Below are positions 26,077 through 40,195 of a stretch of DNA of 64,000 bases, in pieces. Position numbers and translations under genes: made by a program. Source of the stretch: Flaccisagitta enflata. Lineage: Eukaryota. The notes under the pieces are model-generated. The model did not search any database and was not told the DNA's origin. It saw only the letters and a program-made list of their open reading frames with translations. The stretch lies in the NCBI GenBank assembly GCA_965153355.1, contig OZ231126.1, forward strand, positions 17,608,001 through 17,672,000, given 5' to 3'. Position 1 is the first letter of the stretch; each line of letters starts with the position of its first letter.

Positions 26077-27468
26077 TTTACACTGATGAAGAGACAGCGA
26101 GTTATGGAACTCTTAAGCAGAATGGATTGCCGTTGCAACGAGTGCAACGAGTTTGACGAGAAGACGCAGAATAAAGTCAAGCCCATTTTCGAGAATGGAA
26201 CGTATTGGCTACATCCAGAGAATATCCTCCTTACGGCACTGGCAGATTCAAGACAAGAGATAAGGTCACAAGCAGTTGAGCAAATTCTGAGGATAAGGCA
26301 TGACGAGCGTACAAAAAAGCTGGCAGAAGAAGAGCAGCTGAGGTTGAAGAAAGAAAAAAATGCACATTCAAAAGACAGAGTTTTCATAAAGCCAGCGCCA
26401 AATTATGGTGCAAACGATTATATCAAATTCAAAGGAGAATCAGAGAACATTTTGATTTATGAACCACCATTTAAGTCGAAGACAGAAGATCAATTAAGAG
26501 AATTCATTGGCGAGAAGTGACATTTGGACATCAGCAGCAATTCGGTCACAACAGAACGAATAATCCGCAACATGTCAAGTGTTGCAGCCACAACAACGTC
26601 GGCGGAAAGACGAGATGGACTAATTTGAGTGATTCATCTGGAACGCGAAAAATCGGCATCCAACTAAAGGCTTCTTTTGTATTTGTTTTGTAATGTTTTG
26701 GAGTTTGTATTTGAATTCCTGCGATTCCTGTTATAATGAAAGCTAATATTCCAATAGATGCGTGTCTAAGATGAAAGCTTTCCTATTAATCGTAAACATG
26801 CAACTCTATAAGGGGCTTTGTCTGTCTGTCACGCTTGAGTCAAAAACGGGCATTTATATAAGTATGTGAGGGGGGTTGAGGGGTGGGGCTTTGGTTAGTC
26901 TGGGGGTTGGATGCCCCTGCCCTACCATCTGCAACAATATTGTAACACCACATCACTTGTTCTTTAAAGAATGTCAACTTTGGAAGACTGTCGCTCCAAA
27001 ACGAATCAACTTAGGCTCGTTTAAAGAACTTTGTCTGCTCCTTAAAATGAGCCCAAGTTGAGGTCAGTAGCTCAATTCATTTAGAAGATGCAGGTCTACA
27101 AAGAGAGGGGTAAATGCATCTTTTTTCTCAAACGAAGCATCAACTTTGGAAGACTCTCTCTCCTAAATAGACTGAGCTACAGACTTCGACTTAGGCTCAT
27201 TTTAAAGAGCTTTGTCTGCTCTTTAAAATGAGCCCAAGATGAGGTCAGTAGCTCAATTTGTTTGGGAGCTATGAGCTTTTAAAGCAACCACTTGAAATAG
27301 GAATCATTAGAGAATGCACCATCTTTCAAATTAGGGGGGGGTGGTGGGTATGAGCAAAGTTTAACCAATCACCTTCAGATTTGGGAATACTCATCTACGA
27401 TAGAAATGGTCTTATTTTCTCCGCGGGCGTCATGAGGTTTGAAAATGGCACCACTTTAAGCCACCCAC
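25095..27468 (+). mobile_element. DNA transposon with ~510-bp TIRs, inserted in a HINE
   Basis: CAGTGGGTGGCTTAAAGTGGTG... mirrored by ...CACCACTTTAAGCCACCCAC (terminal bases lost); arms ~25095-25606 and ~26976-27468. Confidence 0.85.
26086..26667 (+). pseudogene. C-terminal transposase remnant (hAT-superfamily-like)
   Basis: YWLHPENILLTALAD..IR..AV..IL.IR, RVFIKP..NY.A.DY, EPP, then past a TGA: SNSVTTERIIR...RRDGLI*. By recall this resembles a widespread invertebrate hAT-like transposase C-terminus (HPENxL ... QxVERxVK ... RDGxIR). Confidence 0.65.
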
Positions 27469-27653
27469 CTTTGTCAGTCCGTGGGTCCATCCATCCGTTG
27501 GTCCGTTGGTCCGTCGGTCCATCCGTCACACTTTACTTTTTTTGGGTTTTTGCGGTTTTTGGCTTCACTGCTCCTGCCCAAATGATCTGGTGACCTCAAT
27601 TACAGCCCCTGCCCACCTGCACGCGACTGGGGTAGCCGTGTATCCGGCCTTGT
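27469..27653 (-). mobile_element. HINE family A copy (split; remainder at ~25068-25094)
   Basis: GGGGTAGCCGTGTATCCGGCCTTGTT end, GTCC microsatellite; the hairpin end TAGTTGCGTGCTACGCGACTCTA lies left of the nested transposon. Confidence 0.8.
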
Positions 27654-29888
27654 TCTGGAGGGTTTTAGACTATGAGAGCTTATATATCGGCCTTAGTGTG
27701 AGCTAGATAGCTAGAAATTGGCATGTAGAGTTGTAAATATCACACAATTCATCATGTTAAATTTCATCTCCATGGCTACTATGGTTCAAAAGTAATGGTA
27801 CTTTTTCTATTTTTTTTTTTTTTCCAAAAGTAATGGTAAATCTTTAAAAATTCATAACTCTGTTTTAATAAGGGTTTGATAGCTCAGATTTGACATGGAA
27901 TTAGGTATTAATAATGCTTATCACCATGTCAAATTTTGTGGCAATCGGCCAAATTGTTTGGCCTAGGCATAGCCCTTTTCAAAATTTTGCATTTTTTGGA
28001 ACAGTGGGTACCTAGACTTTAAATGACAATATCTCCGCTTCTATTTGAGTTTTTAGACTCAACTCAAAAAATATCATATTATTCATCATGTAAAATTTCA
28101 GGTCAGTGGCATTTGTCGTTGAGGAGAAAAAATCATTTTTTTGTAATTTGTAGTTTTTTTCTCAAAAAAATATTATTAACTTTGAACATTCATATCTCCG
28201 CTTCTATATGGGCTGAGAGGCTAAGATTTGACATGCAAGTCGGTTTTTATCATACATTTGGCCATGCAAAATCTTGTGGCATGAAGTTAAACCATTTAGC
28301 TTAGGGATAGCCCTTTTCAAAATTTTGGCATTTTTTTGAAAAAAGGTACCTAGACTTTAAAATTGAATAACGCCGCTTCTACTCAACTGCTTAAGCTGAA
28401 ATTTGGTATGTTAACCAAAAAAATATCACATATTTCACCATGTAAAATTTTGTTGAGCCAACCTGAACGGTTTACCCGTTATGATGTTTTGAAATAAAAA
28501 AATGGCCTAAAAAGCAATTTTTAGAAGGGGTGCTAAAAATTTTTTGAAAAACGGATGGTTTGGCTGTCTTCAGCATGAAAAAATAGTCCCATATGCAAAT
28601 TTCTAGAGCTTGCTGAATATTTTTGCACGCCATCCTTGATTTTGGCGCTAAGATCCCCGACTACTAGGGACAGATACAGGCTCAGAGGATGGCGTGTGAG
28701 AGAAAGGAAATGTTGGCCATCTTGATTCATAATCATTAGTGCAATGACTAATGAGTGGAGACGGGGGAGGGGGGGGAGGGTTTGGTAAGAAGGTAGGGAG
28801 GATCACAACTGTTAAAAAGAGACAGAGGGGAGGGAAAGGGAGGATGGTGAGGGATGAGGGAGGGTGTAAACAGCGGATAGAACTCTCACCCTCACTTTAC
28901 TGGCACAAATAACAGAAAAACGCGTATGGTTTTAATTCAATGTGTTTAATGATGCGTGAATGGATGATAAAGCATGCAAACTGTGGGCCACCGGAGAATT
29001 TGCCGGGGATGATATGATAGAAATATCCTAAAAGGATAAATAAATCTGGAGGAAGATAAACAGAAAGGAAGGCATGATAGATGTAGTGAAAACACTCGGG
29101 AAAACCCGGTGGGATCCACACAACTTTTGGCATCAAAGATTTGATGATGAGCGCAAAATTTCAACGGACTGTGTTATGAGGCACGTGCACGCGAGCGCGT
29201 AGTTAAATTGGTTCCTCGGTTCGTCGGTCCAATGACAGGGTTTCCCCTTTACTAGCATGCTAGCATGCTTTTCTCCTCTTGTTGATCTATTGTTGAAACA
29301 TTGAACAACTGTTTTTTGACAAAATTGGACATAATGGTTCCTTCTGCCGATAATTATCAAAGCAAACCATGAACATACATCAATGTTCTCCATTCATTCA
29401 TTTATTCATTTGTATATTCGTTCAGTCATTCACTCATTCTTTCTATCATTCGTCCATTCATTCATTAGCTAACTAATCCAATTCTTTCTAGCCATTCCGC
29501 CAGTAGCACTTTCTGCCTTGTTTCTGTGGTAAATGAAGAGATCCGAGAAAAAAATGAAATATGAGCGAATTCATATTTTCATTTGCTCCAGTAATAATTC
29601 GTACGTAGAATCATTAAAAATCATTTTAAAAATAAAATCTAATCTCACTGGGATAAAATCGAACTTCGGAAAGAGGCAGTTTGATGGTTGGAGTTTGTGA
29701 GATGGCTCTCATCAAAGTCAGTATTCAAATGCTTGTCATCGTTAAATCATCAGCGACAGGATGCAGGGTATACGATGCGCTGGTTTGTTTTGAGATCAGG
29801 GTGCAAGCAGATAAAGCATTTCTTGATGATGATGATTTTGATGACGATGCCGATGCCGATGTCGATGACTATGATTATTTTGTTTACG

Positions 29889-29919
<31 letters not shown>

Positions 29920-29930
29920 TGTCGTTGTCG

Positions 29931-30071
<141 letters not shown>

Positions 30072-30108
30072 TTGTTGTTGCTTTTGCAGTCACACTTTTC
30101 CACTTTAC

Positions 30109-30273
30109 CTCGTAGTTTCTGTTGAGGCGCAGGCGAGAGCGAATCCTTCCTTTGCCTTTTGTTTCTTTTCTTTTTTCTTGTTTTTAAAGGTGAAAAATCC
30201 CGAGAGGCCGCTGGAGGCTCTCGCTGTCAAATCCGAGAGGGACAAAGCACGACTGCTTTTGTTGATGGAGACC
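30109..30273 (-). CDS. Host gene exon B
   Basis: Acceptor tgtccag|G, donor AG|gtaaag, phase 2-2, 165 nt, RSPINKSSRALSLSDL...ASTETT. Confidence 0.8.
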
Positions 30274-30437
30274 TGGACATTGAGAAAGAAAGAAAGAAGT
30301 GCCCAAATTCAAACTGTTACTGTAAGGACTAATATTTCTGAATGAAATATTGAACGCAAGAAAAGACTATACATGAAGAAACGGATGAACGAATCGACTA
30401 ATGAATAATCATATTTTGATAGATTCGACTTTTGTTT

Positions 30438-30635
30438 TTTTAGTCGTGTGATACGCGACACTGCACCCTGCTTTGTCGGTCCATCCTTCCGTACGTCGGT
30501 CCGTCCATCCGTCACATTCTACTTTTTTGCGGTCTTTGGCTTCACTACTCCTGCCAAAATGATGAAGTGACCTCAAATACGGCCCCTGCCATGCCCACCC
30601 GCACGCGACTGGGGTAGCCGTGTATTCGGCCTTGT
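30438..30635 (-). mobile_element. HINE family A copy
   Basis: TTTTAGTCGTGTGATACGCGAC hairpin, GTCC microsatellite, GGGGTAGCCGTGTATTCGGCCTTGT end. Confidence 0.75.
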
Positions 30636-32722
30636 GGCCGAGGATTGATCGTGATCGAAAACATGATGGAACAATATTATCCTTTTGAAAAATACAGCGA
30701 CATCTTAAAAATTAACACCAACATTGGAAGAGTGCCGCTCCCAAACTAAAGCTACAATTACCAGATTGATTCTTCTTTTTAGACGACGCTATAACTATAA
30801 TCAGAGTTATAAGAACTGGATTGCAGTTTTGATTAAATCAACGTCATTAATTCATACTTTTCTTAACTGTTTCTCTACATTACTCAAATTGCTCTTCCCT
30901 ATGGCTGGCAACAAATCCTACAACATTTGAGCCTCTTCAGTGAACAGATTTTAAACAGCTTACTCATGTATCTCACTTTCTCTCTGAGGTCTTGTTTTTT
31001 CCTCTTTCTCCCGGGGTCTTCGGGCGTGTTTTTTCCCTTATTTTCTCGATCTGGAGCTAAAATTCATCCATCATTTTGAAGGCTTCAGGGACTATTTTTT
31101 TTCCAAAAATCATTCACCCAACCAAACTTTTGGAGGGTTCCTTGTTTTGTTTTTAAAAAGAGGGTAAGAACCTAAGTACTGTAGTTCTAGGCCTAGGCAC
31201 CGGTAAACTGTTGAGTCCTAGGCATAATGATAATGAAAAAAACAAAAACAATGAGCTTTTTGTTTTATTCTTGTTTTTTTCTCTTTAACTCATCAACGTA
31301 GACTTTCTCGATGTAGCTTGTTGCACATCTTGGCTGATATCTACAGTCCTATCGGTAAATCAATTTTTTTCTAACATTCTTTCCCTTACATTCCAACCTC
31401 TCATTATCCGATCCACCACATACAAATTATCGACCTGTAGGTGTACCTCCTCCGACCCAGCACCCATTCGATTCCAACCTCGAAAAGACTTGAGGATAAA
31501 ATAATTTCTCAAATGAGAACCAGCTGTATTCAAAGCCTTACATAAGCGACTGGAAGGAGAGAGAGTCGGTATACCTAGAAATCTGCTTCAGCAATTAATG
31601 AAATTCGATCATTCTTGAATTGAACTCTCTACTTCTTCCTTGTATTTTTTTTCCCATGATCATCTTTCGCCAAACGTCTTTTCTTGATCTTGGTCGGAGC
31701 AAGGCCAGATACATGGTTCTAGATGTTCTCGGCGTGAAATGAAACTAAATCAGGATCAACGATTCGTTTTGTGAGTTTGTAGCGATCAATCCTCACAACC
31801 TCCCATCAATCATAGTAGAGCACCGCTATAGCGCACTCGCTAATAAGGCATACCTGCCTACAAGGCATAGAACTTACCGTCCCTTGAGATATTTCATAAT
31901 TATTTCTATATTGGCAATAAGGCTGCTTCACTTTGAAGCATAATTGGAGCCCAACTGAATGTGGTTTAGCCATGAGCACGCTTTTATGCATGAAATCATT
32001 AGATGTCATTGGTCAAAGGGTAACCACCACGGTCGATTTGTGTATTAACGACTAAGGATCCCTCAACCAAATCTGATGGCAAGCTCTAGAGACGAAGGGA
32101 CTTAAAGAAAGAATGGAATTTAAGGGGAAAACCGAAAGAATTCTGTGGGCCTCGAAATCGAGTTTGAATTTAGGAGATTTAGTTGAACAAACAAAAACAA
32201 GAAAAAAATCGATTTTGGCTGAAAAAAAGTTTTCAGACTAAATCGCCGATTTAAACTTAAAGCTCAGCAAAACTGTTTAATTTTTGAATCCTATTCTTTA
32301 ATTCGATAACATACCTAAGAGCGCCAACTTCTTGTTTACTATTTTCAAAACCTTAAGATTTCCATATTTGATTATCACTCTATAATTTATTCTATGATTA
32401 TTTTTGCTGCTACGTGTATACGGTAAGCTGTGGTAATCGAGCCATAATTTGCATATTGCCATCATGTGAAACCATCGGCATCAATGGAATGACAGCTTCT
32501 TATTTAGACAAAAGAGATGATATACCGCAGTATGGCATTGTCCAAGCTGTGTTCCATAAGAGTAAAGTGTGGGGATTCATTTCCGTGCCAGAAACTGCGC
32601 GCAAGTGGTGAACAAGACGCCATAGTTTCCCGTTCATGTTTTTTCATTGTATTGGGCCAATTTTATTCCAAAAAGGTTTTCCATCTGGCTTGGTTCTAAA
32701 GTTCAAACGCCTTCCGGATTAC

Positions 32723-33382
<660 letters not shown>

Positions 33383-33488
33383 CTGTGAGAATCGTGTGTG
33401 TTTGTTGTTTGGTATGCATGTGGACGAGAGATAGGAAATTGAAATGGAAAGAGAAAAAGAGAGAAAGATGAATGATATTGGATAAAAA

Positions 33489-33670
33489 AAACAAGGCTGG
33501 ATACACGGCTACCCAAGTCACGTGCTGATGGGCAGGGGCAGTGGTAAATGCATTTGAGCAGGAGCAGTGATGCAATGATCAGCCGTAAATGTAAAGGGCG
33601 ACGGACCGACGGACAGACTGACGGAAAAAGCGGACTAGCGAAGTGTAGAGTCGCGTTGTACGCGACTATT
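33489..33670 (+). mobile_element. HINE family A copy
   Basis: AACAAGGCTGGATACACGGCTACCC start, (GGAC)n, GTAGAGTCGCGTTGTACGCGACTA hairpin end. Confidence 0.8.
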
Positions 33671-35294
33671 TAACGTTCTAAAGAGGCCTGTAAACAATCA
33701 ATTACTTCATTAAAGATCAATCACATTTTTTTTACTTTCATATATGATTGATACCAAACATGAGTCCGGCTTCTTAATGATCTAAGTCTCAAATTATCCT
33801 TGAGATTGTAAATAATGGTAGTATTTGTTTTTTTGTCATGAGCCGACGTTGTTTTGAAAGGGAGAAAATAAATGGCTTATTGAATATTTTTATAGAGAGA
33901 GAGAGAGAGACAGAGACAGACAGAGAGAGACAAACAGACAGACCCGCAGCTATCAGAAACGTTCCTATTTTTTCTGTGATCAACGCCTTAAGAAAATCGA
34001 CCAAATCAAAAGGTGTAAAATTTGCTGCGTCCATCAACAACTAAAGAGTCTGCAGTAAAGACTAAATGCAATAAAATGAAAGCAAAACTTGGACGAGAAA
34101 GGAGACTTGTGTCCAAAGCATGAAAAATAATGAAAGGAAAACACCACTACAATCGAAAAAAATAAACAAGGCTTCCAAAGGCAAATAAGTGCGACCGAAA
34201 GAAATTTAAGATTTTTGAACCTTAATGACCGACACCAGACCAGAAGCGACATTCCCAATGCTAGCATAAGCTGACCTAGAGGCATCAACTGTTCTATTCT
34301 ATTCTAAATAGGCAGGTAGGACGGATAGATGGACAGATTTACAAAGAGATGCAAAATGGCGGAAAGAAATAAACCGACAGATAGGCAGGCAGACAGAGAC
34401 AGACCGGTAGAAAGAGTGATAGCCGTATAGACTCTATAGACGCAAGGAGAAACCGAGAGAAAAAGTGACGCGGGGTCACAATATCGTTGTGGACGGGTGG
34501 GCAGGGGCATCCAACCCTCAGCATCACCCCCCCCCCTACATCCCTCCCATACACAAACCTATCCAAAAAGAATCTAAATCGTTTGTTTTTCCATTTTTTA
34601 TCGCAATCATCATGCACCAATGGACCAACGGACCAACGGACAAAGTCACTTATAGAGTTACGTGTCCGCAACAAAGAAGAGAGAAAAAGAGAGAAAAAGA
34701 GAGAAAAAAAGCAGAGAAAAGCGAAACCTTCAGAATAAGGAAAACAAAAAAAAAGAGATTAAAAAGTCAAAACTCTCGGACCAAAACAGATGCTCGAATC
34801 TGTGGATAATGACGCTCGGTTTTGAAGAGAAGCATCTTTTGAAAAGGGTGAGCGGCCTAGCGGTGGTTTATAGCAGCGGGGAGTGCTATGAATTTAAAGT
34901 GAAAATCAAGGGAGAGAGAAGCAGAGAGAGAAAGGGCACTGAGTGGGTGTTTCTATCGTCATATAGCGTGTCCGATGGGAAGCATTTTAGTAAACAAGAG
35001 TGCATGCGATGGTTAAAATAATACATATCCTCGGTGAGTCCATCTGTCTGTCGCCTCCTTTCACAGTTATGTGATTATGAGTCGATAAATAACTGGAGAG
35101 ATCTGCAACTTTGTAGTTTGTAAATACGTTTCAGAGTAACTATAAAAGTGTCCTGTTGTCGGTCCGTCGATCCGTCAGTTCGTTCTTCCGATTGTCAAAG
35201 GCAAAGCGTCGACAGTTATGCGTAAAGCGAAGCGCGGCTAGCTTTCACAAAGTTGTTTTTTTTTTTTTTTGAGTCGTCCAAAACATTCATGTCT

Positions 35295-37645
35295 CTCAAC
35301 GCACAGACCACCAAATCCCACCTGATGAAATAAGCCCCTGCGACACTGTCCGCTCTCCAGAAAGCCTACACAGACCACCAAATCCCACCCTGATGGAGGA
35401 AGCAAGCCCCTAACATTGCCTCCCTACTCAAGCCACCTACACAGACCACCAAATCCCACCCTGATGAAATAAGCCCCTAACGAGCTTACTTTATCCGCTC
35501 AAGCCACCTCACATGAACCACCAATCCCACCTGATGAAATAAGCCCCTAATGACACTTTGTCCCGCTCAGCCACCTACAGACACCGTCCCACCTGATGGA
35601 AATAGCCCCTAAGGACACTTTGCTCCCTCCAAACACCTACACAGACCACCCAAATCCCCTGATGAAGCCAAGCTTTGCGGCACTTTATCCTCAAGCCACC
35701 CACACAGACCACCAAATCCCCACCTGATGGCAAATCAGCCCCTAACGACTCTTTATCACGCTCAAACCACCTACACAGAACTCTAAAAATCCCACCCTGA
35801 TGAAATAAGCCCCTAACGACACTTTATCCCGCTCAAGCCACCTACACAGACCACCAAATCCCACCCTGATGGGAAATAAGCCCCTAACGACACTTTATCC
35901 CGCTCAAGCCACCTACACAGACCACCAAATCACACCCTGATAGGAAATAAGCCCCTAACGACACTTTATCACTCTAAAGCCCACCCCACAGAGATGCACT
36001 GAAATCCCACCCCGATGAAGCCAGCCTAACGACACTTTATCGCTCATTACCCACACAGACCACCGTCCACCCGATGGGAACTAAGCCCCTAACGACACTT
36101 TATCCAATCAGCCACACCCACACAGACCACCGTCCCACCCCGATGTAAAATAAGCCCCTAACGACACTTTATCTCGCTCAAGCCACCTACACAGACCACC
36201 AAATCCCACCCAGATGGGAAACAAGCCCCTAACGACACTTTATCGCTCAGCCCTCCCTACCTGAACCACCGTCCCACAGCTGGGAAATAAGCCCTGTGGC
36301 TTGCTTTAATAAAACAAACCTTCGCACAGACCACCAAATCACCCACGATGAAATAAGCCCCTAACGTGACACTTTATCCGCTCAAACTGCTGAACCACCG
36401 TCACGATGAAATGACCCCTAACGACACTTTATCCCGCTCAAGCCACTGCTGAACCACAAAATCCCCACCTGATGAAATAAGCCCTAACGACTTCTTTATC
36501 CATCAAGCCACCACGCACAGACCACCAAATCCCACCCTTGGGAAATAAGCCCCTAACGACACTTTATCGCTCCAAGCCACCGCACAGACCACAATCCCAC
36601 CTGATGGGAAATAAGCTAACGACATAATCGCTCCCAAAGCCCCACCACCCACAGACCACCCAAATCCCACACGATGAAATGGCTAACGACACTGTCCCGC
36701 TCAAGCCACCACGACCACAAATCACCCAGATGGGAAATAAGCTGCGGCACGCTGTCCCACGCTCCGTACCCACACAGACCACCGTCCCACCCAGATAGAA
36801 ATAAGCCCCTAACGCTGCTGTCCCGCTCCAAACCACACAGACCACCAAATCACCGATGGGAAATAATAACCTAACCCACTTTATCCCGCTCAAGCCACCC
36901 ACAGACCACCAAATCCCACCCTGATGGGAAATAAGCCCCTAACTACACACATCCCGCTCAAGCCACCCACAGACCACCAAATCCCACCCTGAAGAAATGG
37001 CCTAACCACACTTTATCCTCAAAAGCCACCCACACAGACCACCGTCCCACCTGAGAAATAAGCCCCTAACATTGCTATCCCGACTCAGCTACCCACACAC
37101 AGACCACAGAAATCCCACCATGAGAAATAAGCCCCTAACGACACTTTATCGCTCAAGCCCTGCCAGACCTGGGATCCCTGCATGAAATAAGCTGCGACAC
37201 TTTATCGCTCTCAAGCCACCTACACAGACCTGGAAATCACCTGATGGAAAAATAAGCCCCCTAAACACTTTATCCGCTCAAGCCACCACAGGCCTAATCC
37301 CACCCTGATGAAACCATCCCCTATGACACTATCCGCTCAGCCGCACGAACCACGTCCACCCTGATGGGAAATAAGCCCCTAACAAACACTTTATCCGCTC
37401 AGCCACCGCCTGAACCACCAGAATTCCTGATGGAAAAAAGCCCTAAAAGCACTTTGTCCGCTCAAGCCGCACATTTTAATGAACACCAATCCCCACCTGA
37501 TGAGAGTGCGCCCCCTAACGACACTTTATCCGCTCAAGCCACCCTTTGAGCCACAAATCCCACCCTGATGGAAAATAAACCCTACGCCTTTATCACTCAA
37601 GCCACCACATTTAGACAACGTCACTGATGGGAAACAAGCCCCCTA
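35295..37645 (+). repeat. ~65-70-bp satellite array abutting an assembly gap
   Basis: Unit CACAGACCACCAAATCCCACCCTGATGGGAAATAAGCCCCTAACGACACTTTATCCCGCTCAAGCCACCTA; many scattered indels. Confidence 0.9.
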
Positions 37646-37665
37646 TTTGACAAGCCAATACATGC

Positions 37666-37698
37666 NNNNNNNNNNNNNNNNNNNNNNNNNNNNNNNNN
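37666..37698. other. Assembly gap (33 N)
   Basis: Run of N. Confidence 1.
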
Positions 37699-37699
37699 G

Positions 37700-37706
37700 G
37701 GGAGGG

Positions 37707-37778
<72 letters not shown>

Positions 37779-38866
37779 AGGAGAAAGAGGCGCGAAATTT
37801 GCTGCCCGCCCGACAAACTAAATGATTCTTTTGAAGTCACTTATTTGCTAACTCCCATTTCCCCCTCTTTTGTTTCCTCCTTCCACCCCTTCAATCTTAA
37901 GACTCCTGTCGGGGCAGCAGACAAATCAACAACACAATCAACCGGAAACACATCCACTGCAACTTCAAAGCCAATCAAATTCTCGGGCGATTCTAGAAGA
38001 ACGTCTAACGCAGAGGAAGCAGCTTCCGAACAAAGGTAAAACTAGCCAGATTTGACCATCTGACCATCATTACCGAGCAATTTAGTGGAAGTTGGAAGTT
38101 CGCTTTTTTAGGCCACTAGTGGTCGTTCCATGACATTTTCCGCGCCATGAGAGGAGTGACCGAGCGGATGTAATGCATAACTAATCGCTGTTGAACTTGG
38201 GTTAGCAGGGCTTATCCCCATAAGCCGTTTAAACATATCCTGATATTTGACCGAGTCGAATTCGAAGAACTACCGATATGATGACAGACTCAAATAGATA
38301 AAGTGATTCGAAATGAACAGAAGGGATAGTGTGAAAGGTCATGTCATTCGCTAGTTCCATCAGTAAATGATTTGTTTTTAATTGAAGTCGTAGAATCTTT
38401 TGCAAATTCCACATAAAGAAACAGTGAAGATTTTCCCGTATTCTTGGAATGAGTATACAACATAAAGAGGTGCAAAAGAATTATACTGCCTTATGTAAAT
38501 TAAGTCTTTGCATGACAACCTGGTGGTGGTGTTCGAAATAAAAATGGCTTACAGCGGGACAGCGATTCAACAATCGCTATGTCGTGTCATTCCAATGCCC
38601 GTCGATCTGGCCAAGCGGCCTTCGGTACTTTTTTAGCTCAATAGTTTTTTGGCATTACAACTGCCATCGCTCAATGACCAGAGTAGCTTCTGTGTTACCA
38701 CCCTGCCAACCCGTTCGCGATCCTAGGCCTTGACTAGTTTCTATCAACTGAATTAAAATACAGTAGCATAAGCGTCAAATTACTCAAACATTCTACGTTG
38801 CCCCTATATGATAAGTTAGTGTATCTTTGGATGTGCTGCCCTTAAACCGAATATTAAAAGAAAACG
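37700..38866 (+). repeat. Inverted duplicate of 12643-13394 plus 16161-~16613
   Basis: Near-identical reverse complement (compare ORFs 13095-13280 and 38229-38414, or 16229-16414 and 37870-38055). Confidence 0.95.
37902..38035 (+). CDS. Host gene exon D (copy 2, inverted duplicate)
   Basis: Reverse complement of 16249-16382 with the same splice sites. Confidence 0.75.
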
Positions 38867-38916
38867 TCCTTAAGACATTCATTTGCCATTTTCTGAATGT
38901 TTTCTCCCCTTTTCAG

Positions 38917-39886
38917 CCCCTCCTTCTGCGTCTTCTTCTTCCTTCTCATCGGCTGATTATCGTCACCGACGTCGCGTCCCGACAACTCGACGGGTTGCCT
39001 TCAGCGCGTCGGCATTAGACTTGACTCACGTCGGGGTCAAAACTGGGGATTCCTCTCAACATCAACAAGATCAAATACAGCAAAGACAGCGACAGCAGCC
39101 TCGTAGCAGCAGCAGCAGCGGCGGCGGAAGCAGCGCGTGTCGACCGATCGACGTTATCAATCTTGACAACGGATTCCAAACTCATTACGCGTCTTTCGTC
39201 GATTTGTCCAAAAACAACGTCGTTTTTGTCAGTGGCGGCCAAAGAGGTGGTGGTAGTAGCGGTGATAATGGTAGCAGCTACAGTGTAGCCAGAAAATCAC
39301 GATCAGCGGATTCGAGGCCAAAATCCGAATTCCTAGAATCAGTTTCGAATCGATTCAATTTTGATTTCGCTTCGTCGACGCAGCCTTCCGTTTCTTCATG
39401 CGCCTCTAAAGTACCGCTGTCGCCAGCGACACCGGCGTCTCCCGCTTCTGCCTCATCGGTACAATCAGCAACGTTACCCTCGACTAGCGTCACCTCGTGC
39501 TCCACCGTCGCACTTACGGCCGCATCCTACCGCCTCGTCACTGCCGCGGCGCCAACTTCCAAGTGCTTCACTTCCGTTTTTCTTCCAGCGTCTTCATCGT
39601 CTTCCGCCATCGCGCCATCAACTGTGACGTGGACTACTCAAACGCCATCTGTCAGCGTCAGAGAAAACGCCACTCAACCTATTTCCCTTCCTCTGCCGCA
39701 TCCTGCTCCGCCTCCTCCTCATCGGCCTCCTCCCGGCTGTCGACAGGATAGAAGAGCTTCTCTCGGACCGATTGAACACTTCGGACCAGGACCCAAGGCA
39801 CAAGGGGGGTTGCCTGTCATTAAAAGCTTTTCGGTGTGGAACTTGTCTTCTGATGGAGCGGAAAACTCTTATCAAAATTTGAACAG
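38917..39886 (+). CDS. Host gene exon E (S/T/P-rich)
   Basis: Acceptor ttttcag|CC, donor AG|gtttga, phase 1-2, 970 nt, within ORF 38883-39902. Confidence 0.85.
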
Positions 39887-40195
39887 GTTTGAATTTCCAT
39901 GATGATTGCTTCCAATGAATGAATTTTCGGAAACAAGAGGGTTTACTTCCTCTGCATTATCTATTCTTTCATTCACTTAAATTCATTCATTCATTCATTC
40001 ATTCATTCATTCACTCATTCGATCATTTATTCATTCTTTCATTCATTCACTCATTTATTCAAACCTTCCATTCATTTTTTCATCCATTCATTCACTCGTT
40101 CTTTCATTGACCCATTGACTGCATTTCATTCGTTTGCTATAAGAATTATGTAAAGATTTGAGTTAAAAGTTATTTACTCTCTCTCTCTCCATCAG

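Larger units (their letters stand above)
18576..28663. mobile_element. Academ-like non-autonomous foldback element with very long TIRs and nested insertions
   Basis: Termini TAGTCGGGG...CCCCGACTA with 3-bp TSD CTA (18573-18575, 28664-28666), matching Academ TAG..CTA ends. Left arm pieces 18576-19116, ~22225-22712 and ~23335-23620 mirror right arm pieces ~28113-28663, ~27695-28004 and ~24540-25065. Confidence 0.8.

Noticed and set aside
35219-35241. Helitron 3' end (GCGAAGCGCGGCTAG)
   Set aside because: The hairpin is poor, CTAG is not followed by T, and I found no matching 5' end.
35295-37645. Hammerhead (CTGATGA..GAAA) or twister (GA-TGG..TAA..CAAGC) motif in the satellite unit
   Set aside because: No stem II between CTGATG and GAAA, and the would-be twister P2 strands (CCCT/GCCC) do not pair.
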